Below, in pieces: positions 28,824-36,778 of a stretch of 64,000 nt of DNA (position 1 is the first letter of the stretch; each line of letters starts with the position of its first letter). Below the pieces are notes generated by a model. It did no database searches, had not been told where the DNA came from, and worked only from the letters and a program-made list of their open reading frames with translations. The stretch comes from Escherichia phage OliverMaurmann_Bas86: sequence record PQ850622.1; one strand, given 5' to 3'. A program made the position numbers and the translations under genes.

Positions 28824-29193
28824 TGTTAGTTATCCTCTGATTGAAAGTGTGAATTGCGTGGCAGTTAGCGCAGAGGATTCTGCACTTCTTCATCTCTGCC
28901 TTCACTTGAGAAATTGATCTCGTGTGACCTTGAGATAGCTCAAAGGATTTTTCAGAGGGGTTAATATGGTCAAACTGGAGAGCAGAAGCGTGTTCTTTAT
29001 AGCCACACAGAGAGCATCCGTAAAAGGTTTTAACTCTTCTGATGAATACTAATTGTCGATTTCTTCTCTCTTCATTGTAAAGCCTACGCTTCTCCCTATT
29101 AGCTGGGTCCGCGTACCTGCACCTGTCTGAACAGTATTTTTGAAATACAAACCTCTTCTCAAATACTTCTTGACAAGTAGGACAAACATCCAT
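28813..29193 (-). CDS. HNH endonuclease with N-terminal zinc ribbon
   Basis: CPTC..CSDRC, then CSLCG..FDHINP..CANCH. Confidence 0.7.
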   Translation of the reverse strand: MDVCPTCQEVFEKRFVFQKYCSDRCRYADPANREKRRLYNEERRNRQLVFIRRVKTFYGCSLCGYKEHASALQFDHINPSEKSFELSQGHTRSISQVKAEMKKCRILCANCHAIHTFNQRITNNDG

Positions 29194-29268
29194 GTTACTA
29201 ACTCCTCCTTAAAATCCTTATAGGTAAGTACATTACATAGCATCAAGCACAGCTATCATATGCTACTT

Positions 29269-30006
29269 TCATGATTTTTCAGATTCCATTGCTTTAACAA
29301 TAGCTTTACAGAAACCTGAACGAACAATATCGTCTGATTCACCATCTACTAGAGCGGCAAATTCAAATAAATTGTGACGGTATATGAAATCAGTAGCCCA
29401 ATCTAGACCACTCTCACCACGCATGTCGTGCTGATTAGTGTCCCCCATACAGAACATCTGAGAGGTTTCACCAAGACGTGTCATGATTGAATATGCTTCA
29501 TCAGGAGTAGTATTCTGGAACTCATCAACAATTACAATAGAATCGTTGAATGAGCGACCACGGAGATATTCCAGAGGTACGAACTCAATGTTACCGTTGC
29601 CAATTTGACACTCATAGAAGCCTTTACCATAACGCTGAGTGATAACATCAACAATAGGCATTAAGTATGGTTCAAACTTCTCACGAAGCCCACCGGGAAG
29701 TAATCCAAGACTGTTACCCATACCAACAGCAGGTCGGCTTAGGATAATCTTCTCAATCTTCCCACTTTTCAGAGCATCAATAACAGTTGTTGTGATAACA
29801 TAAGTCTTACCACAGCCAGCAGGAGCATCTGTGAATACAACCTGTTTGGTTTTAATTGCATCAAGCAGCTCACTCTGGAATTGGTTCTGAGGTACTACCG
29901 GCTTAGCAAGAACTACTTCTTCAAATTCCCGCTTTCCTTTCTTGGTGACGAGAGCTTCACGACGTAATTCTCTCCGTGATGCTTTCCGAGATTCTCTACG
30001 ACTCAT
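29269..30006 (-). CDS. phoH: PhoH-like ATPase
   Basis: Walker A DAPAGCGKTY and Walker B IVIVDEFQN. Typical PhoH length and layout. Confidence 0.9.
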   Translation of the reverse strand: MSRRESRKASRRELRREALVTKKGKREFEEVVLAKPVVPQNQFQSELLDAIKTKQVVFTDAPAGCGKTYVITTTVIDALKSGKIEKIILSRPAVGMGNSLGLLPGGLREKFEPYLMPIVDVITQRYGKGFYECQIGNGNIEFVPLEYLRGRSFNDSIVIVDEFQNTTPDEAYSIMTRLGETSQMFCMGDTNQHDMRGESGLDWATDFIYRHNLFEFAALVDGESDDIVRSGFCKAIVKAMESEKS

Positions 30007-30184
30007 TTCCTACCTCCGTGTTCTTCATATAAGAAGCTACAGGATTTACACTCTGAGCAATGGATACCTATAACCTTAATTTCGACAAACTTCTTATTCT
30101 TCCCTTTAGTCGGGGAGCCTTTGGCAAGCTCCCGTATTACTTTCGAGTCCAAATGGAGAAGAGTTGATTCACATTTAAAACATT

Positions 30185-30505
30185 TCAGATTGATTTGTCC
30201 TTATGTAAACGGTATACTTCAGTAGTCATACAAGCTATACGCTCGTCATGTGGGAGATGCATACCAGTAGAGCCGTTCCATCCTTCGAACTCTGAATCAA
30301 AGAATCCAATAGGCTCGGGATACATCTCTTGCAAGGTGGTTAAGTCATCAGCCACTTGTTGCCACTTATCGTCAGACCAGATTGGGTCATCCAACCAATA
30401 ATACAAATAGGAGTGGATAAGCATCTGTGTTCTGTGTCGTTTAATCACTTCAGCAGGACTGATTTCATTTCCGTTACCAGTCCTAAATGTACTATCGTTG
30501 ATCAT
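30185..30505 (-). CDS. Hypothetical protein with LigA domain-Ia-like motif
   Basis: SYLYYWLDDPIWSDDKWQQVADDLTTLQEMYPE resembles YY-x-D-x-P-x-x-SD-x-x-Y-D..L..LE..P of NAD-ligase domain Ia. Confidence 0.5.
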   Translation of the reverse strand: MINDSTFRTGNGNEISPAEVIKRHRTQMLIHSYLYYWLDDPIWSDDKWQQVADDLTTLQEMYPEPIGFFDSEFEGWNGSTGMHLPHDERIACMTTEVYRLHKDKSI

Positions 30506-30691
30506 TTAGATAACCTTGTGCTCGTAGATGCTGGGGTTGAAATAATGCAACCAGTTTATATATTGTTTCTGTTCAAGGTAGTGTCTGCAATCATGACAAA
30601 AAGCATGACCCAAACCTGTTTCCTCGTTCAGCTTGAAGTTGATAAGAAGCTTCTGCTTTTGACAGAAGCTACATGTTTTGTATAAGTCCAC
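30506..30691 (-). CDS. Small Cys/His-rich protein
   Basis: CSFC..HAFCHDCRH pattern. Confidence 0.45.
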   Translation of the reverse strand: MDLYKTCSFCQKQKLLINFKLNEETGLGHAFCHDCRHYLEQKQYINWLHYFNPSIYEHKVI

Positions 30692-30699
30692 AGTTTTAC

Positions 30700-30834
30700 C
30701 TATTCATCTGAATTGTGACTACAACAATACTCACAAACTCCGCAGCAAGGACAAATCTCTACTGTAGGGTCGTAAGCATCATCAACTGTCATACCGCACC
30801 GTGTACAGAAAACATCATCATCGTTTTCTTCCAA
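30700..30834 (-). CDS. Possible 44-aa Cys-rich ORF (TTG start)
   Basis: ..FCTRCG..ICPCCGVCEYCC.. No ATG start. Weak call. Confidence 0.25.
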   Translation of the reverse strand: MEENDDDVFCTRCGMTVDDAYDPTVEICPCCGVCEYCCSHNSDE

Positions 30835-30836
30835 AA

Positions 30837-31484
30837 TTAACTCTCCAAAGTTTTCTTCAAAGCTGCCCATGAGATTGGATAGAGTTTAGCCATCTCTTCA
30901 TCTAATGACTGAGCAAATAGTCGAACTTCATATTGAGCATGGGATGATAGTCGTTGACGACACAATTCAAACCAGCCATACAAGCTACCAGTCCAGTACC
31001 AAGTAGTTACCATACCTTGAGGTAAAACAAATCTAGCTTGTTCAGGAGCTACGAACTTAATCAATTCGTCATAACTAGCAAGAGATGCCTCGTACGCAGA
31101 GTTAAACAAAGCTAAAGCTTTTGCCTCTTCCTCCCCTTCAAGAAGTATTCCAGAACCAGAATGTAGATCATCTGGACGGGAGAAGATTTCTTTAGGTATG
31201 AAAATATCCACTGCTCCATCTTTATATCTACGACTCATCTCGTTCCAAGAAAAACCAACTTGATGCTTCTGTAACTGTCGTGCAATTGCTATAGGAGCTT
31301 CGCATCTGAAGCTCGCTTGTGGGTGACGAAAAGGACTTACGTGTCGTTCCCGAGCTAGAAAATTTATTAGACGAGTGTCACTTTCTTTTAATTCTTCCCT
31401 TTCTACCCCCATAGTTACACGAGCAGCATTGACTACTGTAAGATCTGAACCGAAGTTATCAATTAATGAAGCTTTGATTGTCAT
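30837..31484 (-). CDS. thyX: ThyX-like flavin-dependent thymidylate synthase homolog with divergent signature
   Basis: ThyX-like ..RHVSPFRHP..QLQKHQVGFSWNEMSRRY. The canonical RHR-x7-S motif reads KHQ here. Confidence 0.8.
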   Translation of the reverse strand: MTIKASLIDNFGSDLTVVNAARVTMGVEREELKESDTRLINFLARERHVSPFRHPQASFRCEAPIAIARQLQKHQVGFSWNEMSRRYKDGAVDIFIPKEIFSRPDDLHSGSGILLEGEEEAKALALFNSAYEASLASYDELIKFVAPEQARFVLPQGMVTTWYWTGSLYGWFELCRQRLSSHAQYEVRLFAQSLDEEMAKLYPISWAALKKTLES

Positions 31485-31950
31485 TTATGTAAGTCTCCTT
31501 GACTTTATTATATTCCCTAGAGGCTTCTTCTATGGTTGAGAAGAGTCCTATGTGCTTAGATTTAAATACCGCCCGGTAAGCAATAGAGCCACTTTTCCTT
31601 CTATGGACAGTCACTCCAATCACTCCGGTTGATAAATTATTACTCTGAGCTACTTTGTTTAGGCCATTTCCTGATCTAGTAGTCCCCCTAAGATTCTCTC
31701 TTTTGTTGTTTATCCTGTTGCGGTCTATGTGATCTACTTCTTCAGGAAGCAATCCAGTGTCCCACCAGTAAGCAAGTCGATGAGCGTAGTATCTAGCACC
31801 TTTATAAACGATTCTCAAATACCCATTGGTATTTACAGAACCAGCTATAGACCCTTTGTGTCCTTTTCCATAAGTTTTAACCCATCGGAAATCTCCAGTC
31901 AAAGGGTCGTAATCAAGAGCTTCTTTTATTGACGGGTCAATATCATTCAT
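31459..31950 (-). CDS. HNH_3 + AP2-domain homing endonuclease
   Basis: YDPLTGDFRW..GYLRIVYKGARYYAHRLAYWW..VDHIDRNRINN, then GVTVHRR..YRAVF (AP2-like). Overlaps the thyX start by 26 nt. Confidence 0.8.
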   Translation of the reverse strand: MNDIDPSIKEALDYDPLTGDFRWVKTYGKGHKGSIAGSVNTNGYLRIVYKGARYYAHRLAYWWDTGLLPEEVDHIDRNRINNKRENLRGTTRSGNGLNKVAQSNNLSTGVIGVTVHRRKSGSIAYRAVFKSKHIGLFSTIEEASREYNKVKETYINDNQSFIN

Positions 31951-31965
31951 CCGTGAATACCCTTA

Positions 31966-32241
31966 TTATTTATTGCCTAGAGCTGTATCCAAAAATGCTT
32001 TCAGGTTTGCTTCAGTCTGCATACCGGAGAGGCTGTAGTGTGCACCACTGTTACGGTCAGGCACAACGAAAGCAGGGATACTTCGTACACCATACTTAAC
32101 AGCTTGTTCACGACCATCACCTTCAAGGATGTTAATCTCTTCCACTTCTACATCAAACTCCTTAACAACCTTCTCAAAGGTAGGAGCCATTGCTTTACAT
32201 GGAGCACATGAATTACTATAAAATTTAATTACTTTACTCAT
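31966..32241 (-). CDS. Thioredoxin
   Basis: FYSNSCAPCKAM contains the CxxC active site. ATG at 32241 behind aagga is preferred over the track start. Confidence 0.8.
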   Translation of the reverse strand: MSKVIKFYSNSCAPCKAMAPTFEKVVKEFDVEVEEINILEGDGREQAVKYGVRSIPAFVVPDRNSGAHYSLSGMQTEANLKAFLDTALGNK

Positions 32242-32242
32242 T

Positions 32243-32419
32243 CTATTCCTTGTTAATAAACAGATTGATATGGCGCTGAGTAGCAGGGACAACAATAAAA
32301 GATTTATACTGCCCTTTTGCTAAATCATGAGCAATCTTCTTTGTCTGACCAAGACCCATTACACAGCCACTAACAATAATGGCATGTGCTTGTAATTCTT
32401 CAGGGAGGTTTAATTTCAC
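32243..32419 (-). CDS. Possible 58-aa ORF (GTG start)
   Basis: aaggaatccaaaga precedes the GTG. Fills the gap between two genes. Confidence 0.35.
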   Translation of the reverse strand: MKLNLPEELQAHAIIVSGCVMGLGQTKKIAHDLAKGQYKSFIVVPATQRHINLFINKE

Positions 32420-32431
32420 TCTTTGGATTCC

Positions 32432-32617
32432 TTACAGCATAACAAGAACGATAATAAGAGGTAGTGTTATAGCAAAATGTACCAGAACAACACTACCTAG
32501 CTTGATAGCTTTAACATCCTCTTCTGCTGGGTTTTCTTTAATTGCTAAATTTCGAGCTTTATAGATAATAGTACCAACTATTAACGACCACACGGCCCAC
32601 ACAACCAATGAAATCAT
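32432..32617 (-). CDS. Small two-TMD membrane protein (paralog 1)
   Basis: MISLVVWAVWSLIVGTIIY..VLVHFAITLPLIIVLV. Confidence 0.5.
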   Translation of the reverse strand: MISLVVWAVWSLIVGTIIYKARNLAIKENPAEEDVKAIKLGSVVLVHFAITLPLIIVLVML

Positions 32618-32626
32618 ATCAAACCC

Positions 32627-32806
32627 TTATGCAGTCAGAAGGTGAAGCAGGAATGGGATAACAACAGCTACGACAACCATGATGGTTGATGCTGTTTGAA
32701 TCTCACCTTTCTTGTCAGGGGTTTCTTCAATAAGCTTACCAGAAGCCCAATAGATACCACCGCCAATAAAGATAGCCCAAATACCCCATACGATTGCTGA
32801 TAACAT
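32627..32806 (-). CDS. Small two-TMD membrane protein (paralog 2, 59 aa, below track cutoff)
   Basis: MLSAIVWGIWAIFIGGGIYWASGKLIEETPDKKGEIQTASTIMVVVAVVIPFLLHLLTA. RBS aagga. Confidence 0.5.
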   Translation of the reverse strand: MLSAIVWGIWAIFIGGGIYWASGKLIEETPDKKGEIQTASTIMVVVAVVIPFLLHLLTA

Positions 32807-32867
32807 ATATCTATATCCTTATAAATGAGTTCGCCCCACCTCGGGTTAGGAGACAGGGCGGAGGTTT

Positions 32868-33443
32868 TTAGTAAGACACATCACCACTTGAGTGGGACAT
32901 GTTGCTCTTGACGAAGTAACAGAACTTGCCAAGACCTTCATTAATTTCTTGAAGCATACTCTGGTCCACTGGATAGGTGCACAAGTCTGAATCAAACTCA
33001 TCCATCTTCTCAATGATACACATAAGAGTCATGCACATGTCGGAAAGCATACCGTCCATGTCGAGATCAGCGTTACCTTCTCGGAACCAAGCATGGCCTA
33101 AATAATTACTAGCAGTAGCATCCACTTTAACACAATGAAAGCGCATACGCTCTGCTATTCGGTCGCCTGCCTCACGAGCATAATCTTCTAGTTCATCGAA
33201 CATACCATGAACACCTTGGAAACCAGCTCCAGAGACGTTCCAGTGGTAGTTCTTTGCTTTGATGTGTAGAAGTTCAAGGTTAGCTTGCACACCACACAAG
33301 ATGTGTTCTAAGCTGTTACCGCTAATCAGTTTATTCATTCCCTCAAGACGAGAGATAGAAGAGTCAGTAGTAGAGAATGGGTTGCTAGAACCCACTCGTG
33401 TTAGTTCTGGTAAGTCGAAGACATTATTATGCATTAGGTGCAT
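32868..33443 (-). CDS. Dps/ferritin-like protein
   Basis: KAKNYHWNVSGAGFQGVHGMFDELEDYAREAGDRIAERM matches the Dps ferroxidase helix pattern HW-x-x-x-G..F..H..F-[DE]-E..D..AER. Confidence 0.75.
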   Translation of the reverse strand: MHLMHNNVFDLPELTRVGSSNPFSTTDSSISRLEGMNKLISGNSLEHILCGVQANLELLHIKAKNYHWNVSGAGFQGVHGMFDELEDYAREAGDRIAERMRFHCVKVDATASNYLGHAWFREGNADLDMDGMLSDMCMTLMCIIEKMDEFDSDLCTYPVDQSMLQEINEGLGKFCYFVKSNMSHSSGDVSY

Positions 33444-33774
33444 CCCCTTCTAAGTTAGTTGAATTAGCTACATTACGAGCAATGTTATCCATGACCTGCT
33501 GGGTAATAACAATGCAATTCTGTGGGTCTACAGACTTAGAACGCCCCATTTCAGGGTCATAAACCTTAACACGCTTGGCTGTTGAGCCAGTAACTTGCAA
33601 CACTTTGAGAAGATAACCTTGGTTTCCAATAGACCATGCAACAACATCACGATTCTTGATATAACGACCAAGCATATCACGATGATAGAACTGCTGCATA
33701 ACTTTAGCTTTGCTAATCTCTTCAGATGGCGGGGCCACTTTACTCAAATCTAACATAACTCTCTCCTGTTTCAT
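33427..33774 (-). CDS. Hypothetical protein
   Basis: 115-aa ORF downstream of promoter motif 33792-33802. Confidence 0.5.
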   Translation of the reverse strand: MKQERVMLDLSKVAPPSEEISKAKVMQQFYHRDMLGRYIKNRDVVAWSIGNQGYLLKVLQVTGSTAKRVKVYDPEMGRSKSVDPQNCIVITQQVMDNIARNVANSTNLEGDAPNA

Positions 33775-33791
33775 ACAATATTCTTATACTG

Positions 33792-33802
33792 TATATACAT
33801 TT
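33792..33802 (-). promoter_or_regulatory. Candidate phage-sigma promoter AAATGTATATA
   Basis: Lies 18-28 nt upstream of ATG 33774. Contains the 10-bp palindrome TGTATATACA. Confidence 0.5.
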
Positions 33803-33826
33803 GAGAGTTATCATATCTACTACCAA

Positions 33827-34033
33827 CTAGTAGTGGACCTTGCTAGTCAAGGACCCAGCACTGTTATTATCATTTTGAAACCAGCGATGAATCTCCACTT
33901 TTTCAGCGAGTCCTAAAGCTTTTGTAGCTTTCTTAGCAAGACGAGCTTCTTGTCGTGTGTCGAATAATTTAAGACAGTCACCACCGAGATCTTTGTTAGC
34001 CCATTTAACACGAACTGCCCATAATTTAACCAT
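33827..34033 (-). CDS. Hypothetical protein, tandem paralog
   Basis: Shares V-R-V-x-W..TRQEAR..KK..I-H..KVHY-stop with 34033..34248. Confidence 0.5.
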   Translation of the reverse strand: MVKLWAVRVKWANKDLGGDCLKLFDTRQEARLAKKATKALGLAEKVEIHRWFQNDNNSAGSLTSKVHY

Positions 34034-34248
34034 TAGTAATGTACCTTTCCGCTGATATAGAAACGACCTGATTTAAAGTCCTGAGCTTTGTGGATAGTGA
34101 TCTTGTCAATAGTACTTTCGCAGCTTAATAAGAACTTCTTATGAGCGCGAGCTTCTTGACGAGTGTTTCTGATACCCATTGACTCTGTACCACTGCTCCA
34201 GTGAACGCGGACTACCCAACGTCTTTTCATTGTTCCAAACTCCATCAA
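34033..34248 (-). CDS. Hypothetical protein, tandem paralog
   Basis: See 33827..34033. Confidence 0.5.
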   Translation of the reverse strand: MMEFGTMKRRWVVRVHWSSGTESMGIRNTRQEARAHKKFLLSCESTIDKITIHKAQDFKSGRFYISGKVHY

Positions 34249-34782
34249 TTATACGCCTTTAGAAGCAACAACCCCATCAGAGTTATTGTAACGACCCTTC
34301 ACTGCATAGGAATCATCACCAGCGTGAGAGTGTTCAAACATAACCATTTGACCAACACGCATCCCAGCACGAACTCGTAAGCTGTGATTGTGGGTAACGT
34401 TATGGAACTCAAAGGTTAGCTTACTGCTGTTAAACCCTGCATCAGCCCACCCAGCATGTAAGTGGTTCAAACCACAACGAGCCATTGAGGAGCGAAGTAC
34501 AAACAGACTTGAGATGTTATCTGGAAGGTTAAACTCTTCCATTGAGTGCGCTAAGAAGAATTGTCCCGGAGTGATGACAATACCATCTTCAGGGATTTTC
34601 ACCTCTTTCCACTTGAGGTTTTCTTTAGCATCAATGTCAACAATGCCGTCAGCCTGTTCTTCAACAAGGATAGTATCACCAATACGGATATCCACACTAG
34701 CAGCGTTAACATATTTATGCTCCGCATCTAAAAAGCCATTATCAATAACACTGTGTAATTCTTGAGAACCTAAAAGACTCAT
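34249..34782 (-). CDS. dcd: dCTP deaminase family protein
   Basis: SVDIRIGD, LRSSMARCGL and GWADAGFNSSKLTFEFHN fit the Dcd/dUTPase trimeric fold motifs. Confidence 0.85.
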   Translation of the reverse strand: MSLLGSQELHSVIDNGFLDAEHKYVNAASVDIRIGDTILVEEQADGIVDIDAKENLKWKEVKIPEDGIVITPGQFFLAHSMEEFNLPDNISSLFVLRSSMARCGLNHLHAGWADAGFNSSKLTFEFHNVTHNHSLRVRAGMRVGQMVMFEHSHAGDDSYAVKGRYNNSDGVVASKGV

Positions 34783-36227
34783 GAGTTTCTGTTTCCTTGT
34801 ACAGATGATGCCAAATTGTTAATCATGTTACGAGCTGTTTCACGAGTCAGCGTAACACCTGCTAAGTTACTATCAAGTTCACCAACTAATTCACGAGCTG
34901 TTGCTCGGAGTTCTGCACCAAGTGTAGTGTTAGAATGAGCCAGACCATTACGACGACCGACAGGTCGAGGAGTATTGTTAGCATCATTAGCTAAAGATGC
35001 AAAACCAATACGAGCAGCTTCACGAGCGGCTATAGCTGCTACCCGATCTTCCGTAGGGGTTGGCAAATCACCAACTTCTACACGTTCTATATCACTAGAA
35101 CGTAGACCCTGAACAACAGAGCTAACTGTTTCCCATGAACGACGGGAGCGCTGCAAATCACCCATAGATGGAGAAGAAGCAGGTCGAACAGTTACTCCAC
35201 CTGTATCATGAGTGACGTGCCATGTACGAGTACCCATTCCAGAAGAACGGGCACTACCAAAACTACCAGTGAAAGTATCACGAGGTGCCTCTGTAGCAGG
35301 TGCTGCGAATCTTGTCTGTTGCCAAGAGTCACGTCTGTCAGTTCCCGGAGTCCAAGGCTGCGTAATTGCTTCAGCACCTATAGTGGTTAATCCGCTAGAC
35401 CATTCTGTCTGTAGATTAACTTCCTCGTCCAGATAACTACGACCCCTTTCCTGAGGAATGTTTAATATAGTTTCCATCATCTTCAGGGTATAATGATGAC
35501 GCTGATTCTGATATAAATTTACACCAGCCATAGGTCCAACTAAATCACTAATCAGGTGAACTTCTGGCTCACCGAAAGCTCCCATTGCAAGGTGCATGTA
35601 TTCAGTAGAACTGCTATAAACTGCAACAGTTGCTTCAGGCCACTTCTTGTGAACATACTTCATTTCACGACTAGATACCACAGGAATGTCACGAGTGTAT
35701 GACATTGCAAACAAACCTTCGTTTGACACATACAGATTACCAAGAGTCATAAACCCTTGACAGATCATAGGAAAGCGACGGCTTAAAGTATCCATATCCA
35801 AAGGTAGATTAATCATCATCTGGATTTTAACTTGATCAATCTCAATTTCCAGAATCTCTTGGAAAGTGAAAAGCGCTTCAGCATAGGTTGTCCCGTTAAC
35901 AGGCTGAATTAGTCGAGATGTAACCTGAAGCCCCTTACTTTCTGTCCAAGATAAGAAGTTGTCAAGGAATAGTGCAGCATTACCTACGTTAGCAGGGCTG
36001 TTTTCTTGACGAGTGTTCCAACGAAGCCCTCCTTGAACTAGGAAGATATCAACATCATTCGGAGTTCTATTTTGAAAGAACGTATCACGGATAGCACCAC
36101 CTGCAATAACAGGATAGATGCCATCAGGGACTACGTTATCTCTGATCAAATTACGAATCAGGTCAAGCCCTACACTGAGGGCTTCTCCTTCTTGAAGGTT
36201 CAATTCAGATAGTGGAATCTTAATCAT
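34779..36227 (-). CDS. Class II (CCA/polyA-type) nucleotidyltransferase-like N-domain plus long S/T/R/G-rich C-terminal region
   Basis: VIAGGAIRDTFFQNRTPNDVDIFL matches GG-x-x-RD..D-x-D. Residues ~270-480 are low-complexity. Confidence 0.5.
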   Translation of the reverse strand: MIKIPLSELNLQEGEALSVGLDLIRNLIRDNVVPDGIYPVIAGGAIRDTFFQNRTPNDVDIFLVQGGLRWNTRQENSPANVGNAALFLDNFLSWTESKGLQVTSRLIQPVNGTTYAEALFTFQEILEIEIDQVKIQMMINLPLDMDTLSRRFPMICQGFMTLGNLYVSNEGLFAMSYTRDIPVVSSREMKYVHKKWPEATVAVYSSSTEYMHLAMGAFGEPEVHLISDLVGPMAGVNLYQNQRHHYTLKMMETILNIPQERGRSYLDEEVNLQTEWSSGLTTIGAEAITQPWTPGTDRRDSWQQTRFAAPATEAPRDTFTGSFGSARSSGMGTRTWHVTHDTGGVTVRPASSPSMGDLQRSRRSWETVSSVVQGLRSSDIERVEVGDLPTPTEDRVAAIAAREAARIGFASLANDANNTPRPVGRRNGLAHSNTTLGAELRATARELVGELDSNLAGVTLTRETARNMINNLASSVQGNRNS

Positions 36228-36229
36228 TT

Positions 36230-36778
36230 CTACATTTTCCAGTTGAGAGATGGGGGATTCTTATAATCAAATCCAGCCATTTGGCAAAGACACATGTAAA
36301 CCTTAACTGTCAAGTTAACGTCTTGTTCACAATACGTGAACATGTCTTCAGTGAAAGCATCCCATGCTTCTTCCTGTTCACCATAGTCACCCTTCAGCTC
36401 TCCCAGAAATTCGCCCCATTGCTTGAGGCCATGACCGCGAGGTCCGTGTCTAGGGTCGCCTTTGGGATATTCTGGACTGTCACCAATACGGTCAGGCTTG
36501 AGGTATCGACTCAGGCACAGGGTATCAAAGACATTAAAACGAAAAGGTATCACATGAGAGTAGAATTTAAACAAAGCAGGAAGGTCAAAATCAATAATAT
36601 TGTGACCTATTACTACATCAGCTTCTTTCAGTTTGTGTAGTGCTTCTTCAATTTGGTGAGGGCGATACCCCCACCGTTCTCCAGACAGTACATCAAATAT
36701 CCATATACACCAGACATTCTGAATACCATCATAGAGGTTATCACCTTCAATATCAAACGCATACAGTTTCTTTACCAC
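36230..36778 (-). CDS. 3'-5' exonuclease (DnaQ-like), separate exonuclease part of the DNA polymerase
   Basis: Exo I FDIEGD, Exo [11 protein letters not shown], Exo III YCEQDV. Confidence 0.8.
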   Translation of the reverse strand: MVKKLYAFDIEGDNLYDGIQNVWCIWIFDVLSGERWGYRPHQIEEALHKLKEADVVIGHNIIDFDLPALFKFYSHVIPFRFNVFDTLCLSRYLKPDRIGDSPEYPKGDPRHGPRGHGLKQWGEFLGELKGDYGEQEEAWDAFTEDMFTYCEQDVNLTVKVYMCLCQMAGFDYKNPPSLNWKM

